From: an uncultured Holophagales bacterium | GTDB lineage: Bacteria > Acidobacteriota > Thermoanaerobaculia > Multivoradales > UBA5704 | Length of the DNA: 64,000 bases | Assembly (NCBI GenBank): GCA_963842525.1 | Contig: CAWJGT010000001.1 | Coordinates: 1 to 64,000, forward strand | Direction: 5' to 3' | Part shown: in pieces, positions 40,044 through 49,510 of the stretch | Layout: every line of letters starts with the position of its first letter | Numbering within the stretch: position 1 is the stretch's first letter | Position numbers and translations under genes: made by a program | Notes under the pieces: model-generated | What the model was told of the DNA's origin: nothing | Seen by the model: the letters and a program-made list of their open reading frames with translations, nothing else | Database searches by the model: none

Positions 40044-40810
40044 TGCTTGCACCGTGTGAATGGATCGCCGCCTCAATGGGTAGCTTGTTTGAGTGTGAAC
40101 CCTTGGATAACTACATCCGAATTCGCACTCCCTTTATGTATCCGGACGGAGATTCAGTTGACTTGTACCTGAAGGAACAAGGCGCTATCTTGATGCTCAC
40201 TGATTTAGGCGAGACCCTCCAGTGGCTATGGATGCAACAGGTAGCAGAGCGTCGCACGAAGAAACAAGAGCGGCTGATCCAAGACATTGCGGCAGGCGCG
40301 GGCGTTGAGTTGTTCCGCGGGATGTTAATTGTAAGGTTGCGAGACCAGCAGGAGATGGCACAAGCGGTTACCGTACTTAGCCAAGCGGCGCTTCGTGTGT
40401 CTGATATCTGGTTTACGTTTCGATCGCGAGCCGGCGAAACTGTCGTCGATGATGTAGCGGAATTCCTAACCGAGAAACACTTCCGGTTTGATCAGGAGCC
40501 TAAATTCATTGGGCGCTCTGGTCGGGTATGGCGGGTGGACTTTCAAGTACGGCACCCGAGACGCAGCTCGTTAGTGAAAGTGTTGAGCACCGGCAGCAGG
40601 ACGGCGGCAAAACAGGCTACTGATACGACGGTCGCTTGCTGGCATGATCTAAGCAATCGGCGGGAAGGGCCGGAAGCTTTGCAATTTGTCTCTCTATTAG
40701 ACGATGCCGTGGATGTTTGGGCACCAGAGGATATCCGGCGGGTTGAAAATATTTCTGAGGTTGCGTTTTGGTCTAGGCCGGATGAATTTGCGGAGAAGCT
40801 TGCTGCATAA
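40043..40810 (+). CDS. DUF1828/DUF1829-like protein
   Basis: IRTPFMYPDGDSVDLY...LTDLGETL; GRSG..WRVDF nuclease-like C-terminus. Confidence 0.75.
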   Translation: MLAPCEWIAASMGSLFECEPLDNYIRIRTPFMYPDGDSVDLYLKEQGAILMLTDLGETLQWLWMQQVAERRTKKQERLIQDIAAGAGVELFRGMLIVRLRDQQEMAQAVTVLSQAALRVSDIWFTFRSRAGETVVDDVAEFLTEKHFRFDQEPKFIGRSGRVWRVDFQVRHPRRSSLVKVLSTGSRTAAKQATDTTVACWHDLSNRREGPEALQFVSLLDDAVDVWAPEDIRRVENISEVAFWSRPDEFAEKLAA

Positions 40811-40855
40811 TGAAGAATACCGGGCTAGCGCTGCGCTCTAGCCCGGCTTGCGGCT

Positions 40856-41347
40856 CTATATAGCCTCTCGTTGAAAACGATTTACGATCGGCGCAGGATC
40901 TTCGGCGGGCTCCCTTCCTCCCCAACGAACCCATAGGCGCGCCAGCTCGGAGGCGAGGGAGCGGCAGAGTGCGGCACGGCGGAACGTCGCGAGCAGCCGG
41001 CCGTCCGGGATGTACACCAGGGAGTAGATGTGGCATCCGTGGTAGCCAGGGCCGGCAGCGTCGCCACGGAAGTAGCCGAACGGCTCAGCGACCCACCCCG
41101 GTAACTCGGGCTCTGTGCCGTCCATGAGATGGACCCGGAAGCGCCTTTGCCGCCATGCCAGGGGCAGTGGCTTCCCGGCTCGCCTGATATCTTCCAGGTG
41201 GCGGTCTGCGGCTTCCGCCAGCCAGGACCCTACGGATCTGTGGCCGTGAGCTTCTGCCGCTTGCTTCCACCTTGCCGACTGCCGGACATCGGCCCGGACA
41301 GAGAAGACGGCAACCTTCACCGCATTACCCTTTCCCGCGCCTGCCAC
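40856..41347 (-). CDS. Hypothetical protein with an RHH-like N-terminus
   Basis: FSVRADVRQSARWKQAAEAHGHRSVGSWL; transposon passenger. Confidence 0.5.
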   Translation of the reverse strand: MAGAGKGNAVKVAVFSVRADVRQSARWKQAAEAHGHRSVGSWLAEAADRHLEDIRRAGKPLPLAWRQRRFRVHLMDGTEPELPGWVAEPFGYFRGDAAGPGYHGCHIYSLVYIPDGRLLATFRRAALCRSLASELARLWVRWGGREPAEDPAPIVNRFQREAI

Positions 41348-41676
41348 TTCCGATGGACATCTGCCGCCTTGCCGAAGTCGGGGCCAGTGACGAGAAGGGG
41401 ATCAGCGGAGTCCCAAGCAAGATCCAGAGCCGCCAGCTCAGCCGCCGCCTCACGGCATAGGCTCTGCCGCGGGAGGGTGAACATGGCGGCTTGGGATGCA
41501 GCGTGAAATAGGGTGTAGCACCCGCCGGGCTCCAGGGAGTGGCGGGAGCCGCGGACGATGCAGAATGGACCAGCCACCAGGACGGAAGCGACCTCTGCCG
41601 CGGGCCTAGAGCTCCCGGCAGGCCAGAGGAGCACAGCCAGGATGCGACGGCGCCAGCGAAGGGGGAGGGCGATCAC
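41317..41676 (-). CDS. Hypothetical protein
   Basis: GTG start overlaps the stop of 41673-42041; its last part resembles the C-terminal part of 40856-41347. Confidence 0.35.
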   Translation of the reverse strand: MIALPLRWRRRILAVLLWPAGSSRPAAEVASVLVAGPFCIVRGSRHSLEPGGCYTLFHAASQAAMFTLPRQSLCREAAAELAALDLAWDSADPLLVTGPDFGKAADVHRKWQARERVMR

Positions 41677-42041
41677 GACTGGCCCTCCTTCTCCTCCTGC
41701 TCCTCCTGCCGCTCCCGCCACTCTTCGTACAGCTCGGCCGGCGCCAGATCCCCGGCCTCGTCGAGAGACTCGATAGCCGGCTCGATGTCATCTGCGAGGA
41801 TGCACTCGATTGATCCAATCAACGCGAAGGTGAGGGACTGCGGCTTCCGGTGCTCGCCCTGGGCTTCCGCGTCTTCTGCGGTGTACAGCTCCGGGAGAGA
41901 GTGACGGACGCCCCTGAGGACCATGGCGACCTCGCGCAGCTTGCCGGCTGCACAACGGATCAACCGTTGCGCTGCAATCTCGTCTCGGGTCTTGGGGGTG
42001 AAGGTGGGTCGGGTGGGGTTAGACTTCTCGGGCCTGGGCAT
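41673..42041 (-). CDS. Hypothetical helical protein
   Basis: GAGGAG RBS, 122 aa; first gene inside the right TIR. Confidence 0.55.
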   Translation of the reverse strand: MPRPEKSNPTRPTFTPKTRDEIAAQRLIRCAAGKLREVAMVLRGVRHSLPELYTAEDAEAQGEHRKPQSLTFALIGSIECILADDIEPAIESLDEAGDLAPAELYEEWRERQEEQEEKEGQS

Positions 42042-42287
42042 GGGACTCGCTCCTCTGCCTGGGTAGGCTCGGGCGGGGTGGTCATAACACCCCGTTCGGG
42101 CCGCTACGGTGGGTCTGTGGGTGGGAAGATGCGCTCTCCCCTCCTGGAGAGGGGAGGTTAGACCGGTCCGGTAGGATTGTGGACCGGTCCGGGCGTAACT
42201 ATTCTAGGGGCAGCACTACCTCCCGCGGGGAACCTTGCCGATCCCGCGGGGCCACACGACGACGGCCTCTTCGGCACGACTTGGACG

Positions 42288-42833
42288 CTATGCTCGGAGA
42301 TGACCGGCCTCGCTCGCGCTGTGCTGACGGCGCCGGCGTCTGCCGAGCTTCTGCTCCAGGACGTCGCCCATGACACCGAGTAGGCCACCAATGCCCACCA
42401 CCACGTCGAGCAATCTCTGCTCCGATGGTTTCTTGGGCCATCCAGCGCCATCGATGAGCACGCAGACACCCTCGACATAGCGCAGGTCGGCCAGCAGCCT
42501 CTTGACATCCCCTCGCACGGAAACTTCCGGGCTCCCCATGGGGCCGTCCAGCAGCTCGGGGTCGGCAAACACGAGCTTCCACAGGAAATTGCCCAGGTCA
42601 CGGAAATTGACCTCTTGGGCAGGCGGTAGATATTGCAGAAAGCGCTCTCTGAACGGTGCGAGCTCGCTGAAGCTACCCGGACTGGTCCGGACGAGGTGAT
42701 CCACAAGTGCGGCGTGCTGGTCGACTTCGACCTGCTCGCGAAGCAATGCCAAGACCGCCTCGACCGACTCGCGGAGCTCAGGGAGATTCTCAACACGTGG
42801 ATTCTGAGGTGCCTCTATGGGATTGCCGCTCAT
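42288..42833 (-). CDS. Hypothetical helical protein
   Basis: ATGA overlap with the upstream ORF; last gene of a three-gene operon. Confidence 0.5.
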   Translation of the reverse strand: MSGNPIEAPQNPRVENLPELRESVEAVLALLREQVEVDQHAALVDHLVRTSPGSFSELAPFRERFLQYLPPAQEVNFRDLGNFLWKLVFADPELLDGPMGSPEVSVRGDVKRLLADLRYVEGVCVLIDGAGWPKKPSEQRLLDVVVGIGGLLGVMGDVLEQKLGRRRRRQHSASEAGHLRA

Positions 42834-43054
42834 CGGGCCGCCCTTTCCTCAACCCTCCGTACCTCAGGAGACCGTGGCCGGCGCCGGCGTATGGGACGTA
42901 TGGGCTTGGGCGCCAATGCCTTGCGGGCGATCTTGGCGCAGCGGGGACAGTCCAGCAGGTGGAGGACGAAACCGGCGTCGGAAGTCGGCAGGGCCCGCAG
43001 CATCTCCCGCAGATCCCCTGCCTTCGGATGCTTCCATCCCTGCCTCTCAGCCAT
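42830..43054 (-). CDS. Small zf-HC2/anti-sigma-like zinc-finger protein
   Basis: HPKAGDL...HLLDCPRC. Confidence 0.5.
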   Translation of the reverse strand: MAERQGWKHPKAGDLREMLRALPTSDAGFVLHLLDCPRCAKIARKALAPKPIRPIRRRRPRSPEVRRVEERAAR

Positions 43055-43277
43055 GCAGAACATCCTCCGGATCGAGCCGGTGGGTGCGCGGGCGGTCCGC
43101 CAGGCTCCAGATAGGCGCGGTGACCGCCACACACACCCGGCAGCCGGTCAACAGATGACGCACGACGGCACGCCGTTCGGGGTGGTCGGACTCCCCGCGC
43201 AGGAAGCGTTCGAGCTGCCCCTCTCCGGGATGCCTGGTCGACCGGTCCGCCTGCGCGGCGGCTCTCTCCTTGAACAT
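43047..43277 (-). CDS. Small zf-HC2/anti-sigma-like zinc-finger protein
   Basis: GAGGAG RBS; HPGEGQLERFLRG...VVRHLLTGCRVC. Confidence 0.6.
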   Translation of the reverse strand: MFKERAAAQADRSTRHPGEGQLERFLRGESDHPERRAVVRHLLTGCRVCVAVTAPIWSLADRPRTHRLDPEDVLHG

Positions 43278-43522
43278 CGCGCCGTCTCCTCCTCAGGGGC
43301 GAAGCCCCCATCGCTGGAGCGAGGCTACGGGAGCCCGCGCCCGTCTCCAACAGCGGGACAGCAATCGACGAAAAAGCCGGTTCTCTTTCCCAGGGAACCG
43401 CAGGATTCTGCGCCCCGATTTCGTCCCGGCACGAGAGGAGGGAGCATTTTCATTCCCTGGTGTCACGCATCCTGCGCCGCCCGGCACTCTTAGTCTTTAG
43501 AATGCGCGACAAAGGAGGGAGC

Positions 43523-44964
43523 ATGGCGGACGAGATCCCATTGGAGTCCCGGGCGTTGCGGCAGATGCGGGAGGCCCATGGTTGGAAGGGCTACCAGTTG
43601 GCTGCGGCCCTCGGCATGACGCCGGAGTCGCTGTACCACTATGAGGCAGGGGACACGATGACGCCGTCGCCGGAGCTTCTGGAGCTGGCTGCTGCGAAGA
43701 TGGGCTACTCGGAAGCCATGGTGGACCGCACCTTCACCTATCTGCGGCTCGCGGACGCCGACCTGGCCCTGGGCGCGTCCGCCGCCGGGCCAGCGCACCG
43801 GGAGCTGCGGCAGGCCGCCGCCGAGATGGGCCTGCTCTGGGAGGAGGTCAACGTCTCGATGGGGCTGCGCGCCGGGATCCGGCTCGACGCGCAGATCGAG
43901 CGGCGGCGCGCGCCGGACCTGTGGGAGCGCCTGAAGAAGCACACGTCCGCGCAGCGGCGGGCGGTCTATCAGGAGGACGAGGACTACCGGAGCTGGGGCC
44001 TGATGGAGGTCCTCTGCCAGAAGAGCCTGGACGCTGCGCGGGACAACGCCCAACGGTCCCTGGAGCTGGCCGAGGAAGCCCTTTTCCTCGCCCGCCTCGT
44101 GGACGTCCCCGAGCTCTTCCGGCTGCGCCTGGAAGGTTTCGCCGGCATCCACGTCGGCAATGCCACCCGCGTGGGGGGCCACCTGCCACCGGCCGCCGCG
44201 GCGTTCGACGAGGCGCTCGACCGCTGGAAGGCCGGCGCCCCGGGCGACCCCGAGGGCCTGCTCGACGAAGTCTCGCGTGCTCGATCTCGAGGCGTCGCTG
44301 CGCCGCGACGCAGCGACGCCTGCCCGAGGCGCTCCACCTCCTCGAGCGTGCCCTCGCCGCCGACCGTACCGGCACCCGAGCAGGCCACATCCTGGTCATT
44401 CGGGCCAAGACTCTCGAAGAGATGGGAAGGAACGACGAGGCCGTCGCTACCCTCCAGCAGGCCCTGCCGCGGATCGACGCCCTTCGCGAGCCCCGGCTGC
44501 TCTGGGACGTGCGCCAGAACCTGCTGGTCAACCTGGGACGCATGGGCCGCGCCGCCGAGGCCGAGGGGCCGCTGGAGGACCTGCGGAAGGAGGCCCTCCG
44601 CCGCGGCAACCGGCTGGACTTGACGCGGCTCGTGTGGCTTCGCGGGACCCTCGACGCCGGCCTCGGCCGGCCCACGCAGGCCGAACGCGCGTTCGAGCAG
44701 GCGCGAAAGGAGTTTCTGGCGAGCGGCATCGCCTACGACGCCGCCCTGGTCTCCCTGGAGCTGTCCGTCCTCTACCTGGGCCAGGAGCGGACGGCGGAGG
44801 TGAAGGATCTCGCCCGCGAGCTCGCCCCGGTCTTCCATCTCCAGGGGGTCTCGCGCGAGACCCTGGCCACCGTCAAACTGTTCCGCGAAGCCGTGGAGAA
44901 GGAGACGATCACGATGGAGCTGGCGCAACAGCTCCTGGCCGATCTGCGCCGTGCAGGATCTTGA
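43523..44964 (+). CDS. XRE-HTH + TPR regulator (frameshifts ~44270-44315)
   Basis: ALRQMREAHGWKGYQLAAALGMTPESLYHYEAG; TPR-like helices; YDAALVSLEL. Confidence 0.8.
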
Positions 44965-44968
44965 GCTG

Positions 44969-45035
44969 TTTCCCCCTCTCCCGTTCGGGGCGGTTGGCCG
45001 GTGGCCGTCCGGGAGAGGGGGCCAGGGGGTGAGGG
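44969..45035. repeat. REP-like palindrome between convergent genes
   Basis: CCCCCTCTCCCG...CGGGAGAGGGGGCCAGGGGGTGAGGG. Confidence 0.65.
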
Positions 45036-45037
45036 AT

Positions 45038-45424
45038 TCAGTCGATGCACCGGCCGAACGGGTCGACCGAGCATCCAGCATCGCCCGTCGTGGGAGCACC
45101 GGAGGTGCCTTCGCCCGTGCCCGGGATGCACCGCCCGTTCGGGTCGACTGAGCATCCAGCATCGCCGGTCGTGGTGGCGCCGGAGGTGCCGCTTCTCGTG
45201 CCGGGGATGCACCGGCCGAACGGGTCGACCGAGCACCCGTTCTCACCCCACAGGGAGGTGAGCGCGTTCCAGAAGCGGGTGAGGAGGTCGAGCCGGGCCC
45301 ACTCGAAGGTGCCGGCGCGGTCCGGGCCGGGGAGGGTCCGCGGCGGCTCGGCCAGCGCCCACGAGGCGGCGAGAGACCCGGCGAGCAGCAGGACCGCGAT
45401 CTTGCGGCGGAAGGACGTGCTCAT
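45038..45424 (-). CDS. Secreted peptide precursor with three GxxGCSVDPxGRC cores
   Basis: AAGGAG RBS; signal peptide ending ALA; FWNALTSLW helix; three repeats at 27-aa (81-bp) spacing. Confidence 0.85.
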   Translation of the reverse strand: MSTSFRRKIAVLLLAGSLAASWALAEPPRTLPGPDRAGTFEWARLDLLTRFWNALTSLWGENGCSVDPFGRCIPGTRSGTSGATTTGDAGCSVDPNGRCIPGTGEGTSGAPTTGDAGCSVDPFGRCID

Positions 45425-45549
45425 GCGCAGCTCCTTTCGGGGCTGCCGCCGGCCCGGGCCGCCATGGCCACGGCGGCGGCGCCCGCAGAATTATGGTGCG
45501 ATCCAGGAGCCGGCACCGCGACAACCCCAGGTTTTCGGAGGAGACGACC

Positions 45550-46987
45550 ATGAAAACCCTACGCGGGCGGCCCGGCCTCGGCGCCGCCCTGGCCGCGGTC
45601 CGGATTCTCCAGGGAAAGAGCCGCCCGGAGGTGGAACGGGACGCCCGCCTCAAGCCGGGCACCCTCTCCACCTATGAAGAAGGCCGGACCACGCCGCAGC
45701 CGGCCACGCTGGAGCGCATCGCCGCCGCTCTCGGCGTCTCCATTCCGGTGCTGATCGCCCTCGGCGACCTCCTGGCCGCCTTTCACGGGCTCCTCGGCGG
45801 CGCCTGGATCGCCGGCGTCATCCGCTCTGCGATCCGGCTTGCGCGGGCCGTCCACGCCGCGCTGTCTGCGCGGGTCGAGGCCATACCCGTGGCACCTCCT
45901 TGCGTCAGCCTGCTCCCCGCCGAGGAGGAGCGGCGGCAGGCTGCGGAGCTGTGGCAGCGGCTCGAAGCGTACACGGCCGACCAGCGGCGCGCGATCTACC
46001 AGGAGTCACCGCGCTTCCAGAGGTGGGGCCTGGTGGAGATCCTCTGCCAGAAAAGCCTGGACGCCGCGCGGGACAGCGCCCAGCGGTCCCTGGAGCTGGC
46101 CGAGGAGGCCCTCTTCCTCGCCCGCCTCGTCCCCGAGCCCTTGCGCCAGCGACGTGGAAGGCTTTGCCAGCATCCATATCGCAAACGCCACCCGCGTGGG
46201 GGGCCAACCGCGAGCGGCCCGCGTCGCGTTCGACCAGGCCCTGGACCGCTGGCAGGCTCGGCGCTCCGGGCGACCCTGAGGGCCTGCTCGACGAATCTCG
46301 CGTCCTTGATCTTGAGGCGTCTTTGTGTCGCGCGGAGCGCCGCCTCCCCGAGGCGCTTGACCTCCTTGACCGCGCCCTCGCCGCCGACCGCGGCGGCGTC
46401 CGGGCGGGCGCATCCTGATCATCCGAGCCAAGACCCTGGAAGAGCTGGGCAGGAACGAGGAGGCCGTCGCCACCCTCCAGCAGGCCGTGGCGCGGATCGA
46501 CGCCGAGCGTGAGCCCCGGCTGCTCTGGGACGTGCGCCAGAATTTGTTGGTCAACCTTTGCCGGCTCGGCCGCCATGCCGAGGCCGAGCAGTCGCTGGGG
46601 GACCTGCACATCGAGGCGATGCAACTCGGCAACCGGCTGGACTTGACTCGCGTCATATGGCTCCGCGGGACCATCGACGCCGGCCTCGGCCGGCCTGAGG
46701 CGGCTGAAGCAGCCTTCGAGGAGGTGCGGAAGGATTTCCTGGCAGACGGCATCGCCTACGACGCCGCCCTGGTCACCCTGGAGCTGGCCGTTCTCCATCT
46801 GAAGGAAAGGCGCACGGCCGAGGTCCAGGAGCTGACCCGCCAGCTCCTCCCGGTCTTCAAGGCCCAGCAGGTCTCCCGAGAAGCCCTCGCTACCGTCAAG
46901 CTGTTCTGCGAGGCCGTGGAAAAGGAGACCATCTCCGTGGAGCTCGCGCAGGGCTTTTTGGACGACCTCCGCCGGGTTGGGGCGTGA
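45550..46987 (+). CDS. XRE-HTH + TPR regulator, paralog of 43523-44964 (frameshifts ~46150-46415)
   Basis: GGAGGAG RBS; TLSTYEEGRTTPQPATLERIAAALGV; WGLVEILCQKSLDAARD and EPRLLWDVRQNLLVNL shared with the paralog. Confidence 0.8.
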
Positions 46988-47005
46988 CCGTGGGGGAAGG
47001 AAATC

Positions 47006-47881
47006 TCAGAAGCGGAAAAGGACGCCGACCTCCGGGGCCACGTCCGGAGCCTGCTCGGTGAGGCCGACGCCGCAGTTGAGCTTGAGGAAGGCCCGTGGGG
47101 AGAAGAACCACTGGGCCTCGCCGATCAGGAAGACGTCTTCGGTCTCGCCCTCGACCGCCGCGACGAGGCGCCAGCCCGGCGAGACGCGCTTCAGGTACTC
47201 GACGGCGTACTCGCCCAGCTCGACCTGGCTTTCCTCGCCGTCGTAGGCGATCGTCGCGCGTCCCGTGATCGTTCCCCAGCGATAGCCGCGGATCACTCCG
47301 AAGCCGAGCTTCCCCTCCCAATCGTGGGTGCCGATGAGGACCTCGTTCTTCTGGAACGGGAAGACGACCTCGAGGAAGCTGAACAGCTCCGGGCGATCCG
47401 CGGTCTCCTCCTGCCAGCGCCAGCGGAGCTGGGCCTCGACGTCGCCCAGCCCGGACTCCTCGAGGTGGGCGGGAACGGCGCTCGGGTCGTCGGCGGCCTT
47501 GTCGAACGTCGCCTTGGTGTAGACGGCGCCTTCGAGCTCTACCGCGAGACGGTCCGAGATCCCGTAGGCGAGGAAGAGCAGGTATTCGTGCTCGACCAGC
47601 TTGCCGAGGAAGTCGTCGCTGCCCACGAACCCGAGCTCTCGTGGCTGATACTCGAAGGCGGTCGTCTTTGAGTACTCATAGAACGGATAAACCAGGATCT
47701 CGCCCTTTTCGACAAAGGTGCCGAAGGAGGACGTCGAGAGACCCCGGCCCCGGTCGGAGAGGTATTCCGGCAGCTCCGGATCCTGGGCGCCGAGCGGCGC
47801 ACCGGCCGCGAGCACTGCAACGGCCGCCAGTACCATCCGGCAGGCAGACCGGGCTCCGCACTTCGAACCGGACCGGCGCAT
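47006..47881 (-). CDS. Putative outer-membrane beta-barrel protein
   Basis: Signal peptide, SGLGDVE, terminal GVLFRF. Confidence 0.65.
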   Translation of the reverse strand: MRRSGSKCGARSACRMVLAAVAVLAAGAPLGAQDPELPEYLSDRGRGLSTSSFGTFVEKGEILVYPFYEYSKTTAFEYQPRELGFVGSDDFLGKLVEHEYLLFLAYGISDRLAVELEGAVYTKATFDKAADDPSAVPAHLEESGLGDVEAQLRWRWQEETADRPELFSFLEVVFPFQKNEVLIGTHDWEGKLGFGVIRGYRWGTITGRATIAYDGEESQVELGEYAVEYLKRVSPGWRLVAAVEGETEDVFLIGEAQWFFSPRAFLKLNCGVGLTEQAPDVAPEVGVLFRF

Positions 47882-48056
47882 GGTGAGGCTCCTTTCTCCG
47901 AGGCTGCCGCTGCATTGCGCACCTCCTCTTCCGTTGGATGCACGAAGCGAGAAAGTCCTTCGCGGAGGAAACCTCGATTCGGCAGGATCTCGCAGCCGGA
48001 TCGCGCCGGGGCCGGGTGCGGTAGACTTATCCTTTCGACGCGAAACGAGGTCTACC

Positions 48057-49508
48057 ATGCTCCAACGCACCCGCTTGCACGGACCGCTCGCGGTCCTGTT
48101 GCTGTCAACCCTGTCCCTGAGCCTCGGCTGCTCGGTCAATCCGGCGACCGGCAAACAGCAGCTCAACTTCTACAACGAGGCGGAAGAGATCGAGATGGGC
48201 CAGCAGGCCAACGCGGAGATCGTCACCTCGGTGGGGCTCTATGACGATCCCGAGCTGCAGGCCTATGTCGAGGATCTGGGGATGAAGATCGCCGCCGCCT
48301 CGGAGCGGCCGCATCTGCCCTGGAGCTTCAAGATCGTGGACGATCCGGCGGTCAACGCCTTCGCCCTGCCCGGCGGCTACGTTTACATCACCCGCGGGCT
48401 CCTGACCCACCTCGAATCCGAGGCAGAGCTGGTCTCGGTCCTCGGCCACGAGGTCGGGCACGTCACAGCCCGCCACGGCCTCAATCAGCAGAGCAAGCAG
48501 GTGCTTGCCATCGTCGGCATCGGCATCGCCGCGTTCCTCGACCCCGACCTCGAGGAGCTGGCCGGAGTCGCCGGCCTCGGCATGTCGCTGCTCTTCCTCA
48601 AGTATGGCCGGGACGACGAGCGCCAGGCCGACGACCTCGGGCTGCGCTACATGGTGCGCACCGGCCACGACCCGCGCCACATGCCCGAGCTCTTCTCCGT
48701 CCTCGAGGGGGTGGCGAAGGTCGAGGGGGTGGGCCGGCTGCCGAATTGGCTGTCGACCCATCCGAACCCGGGAGCCCGCCGCGAGCGCATCCAGAAGGAG
48801 GTCGACGCCCTGCCGGGGGATTTCAGCCAGGCCGTGGTCAACCGCGACGGCTACCTGCGCCGGCTGGATGGCGCGGTCTTCGGCGACAACCCGCGCGACG
48901 GCTTCTTCGAGGGCAACGCCTTCGTGCATCCGGACCTGCGTTTCCGCATCGAGTTCCCCGACGGTTGGGAAACCGCCAACGAGACAGCTTCGGTTTCAGC
49001 GTCGCAGCCGGGCGGCAACGCCGTGGTCCAGGTCGCACTGGCGGAGAAGGGCACGCCGAAGGAGGCCACGGACGAATTCTTCGCGGCAGAGGGGGTGACC
49101 CGCGGCGAATCCTGGGAGAAGCGGGTCCACAGCCTGCCGGCCCAGTGGAACCGTTTCGATTATTCGGACGGTGACAGCGAGCTGCACGGCACGGTCGCCT
49201 TTGTCCAGCATGAGGGAAAGGTCTTCCAGCTCCTTGCGCTCGCCGCGCCGAAAGAGTGGACAGACAACCAGGAGTCCATGGAGGAGGCGCTCGCCACCTT
49301 CTCCCGCCTCGACGATCCGGAAGCCCTGAAATCCCAGCCGAACCGCCTGAAGCTGGTCGAGATCCGCAAGGAGATGACCCTGGAAGAGTTCAACCGCCAG
49401 TACCCGTCCGCCGTGGAGATGCCGACCCTGGCCCTGATCAACCACGTGCAGCCGACCGATCCGATCCCGGCGGGGTCGCTGGTCAAGCGGGTCGTGAAGG
49501 CTCCTTGA
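48057..49508 (+). CDS. M48 family metalloprotease lipoprotein
   Basis: LGC lipobox, NAFALPGG, HEVGH, ERQAD, LSTHP. Confidence 0.92.
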   Translation: MLQRTRLHGPLAVLLLSTLSLSLGCSVNPATGKQQLNFYNEAEEIEMGQQANAEIVTSVGLYDDPELQAYVEDLGMKIAAASERPHLPWSFKIVDDPAVNAFALPGGYVYITRGLLTHLESEAELVSVLGHEVGHVTARHGLNQQSKQVLAIVGIGIAAFLDPDLEELAGVAGLGMSLLFLKYGRDDERQADDLGLRYMVRTGHDPRHMPELFSVLEGVAKVEGVGRLPNWLSTHPNPGARRERIQKEVDALPGDFSQAVVNRDGYLRRLDGAVFGDNPRDGFFEGNAFVHPDLRFRIEFPDGWETANETASVSASQPGGNAVVQVALAEKGTPKEATDEFFAAEGVTRGESWEKRVHSLPAQWNRFDYSDGDSELHGTVAFVQHEGKVFQLLALAAPKEWTDNQESMEEALATFSRLDDPEALKSQPNRLKLVEIRKEMTLEEFNRQYPSAVEMPTLALINHVQPTDPIPAGSLVKRVVKAP

Positions 49509-49510
49509 TT

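Larger units (their letters stand above)
34437..42220. mobile_element. 7,784-bp IS1-family cargo transposon
   Basis: 31-bp TIRs starting GGTAGTGCTGCCCCTAGA (34437-34467 and 42190-42220, 28/31 identical); 8-bp TSD TCCCGCGG (34429-34436 and 42221-42228); internal IS1-type transposase. Confidence 0.88.
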
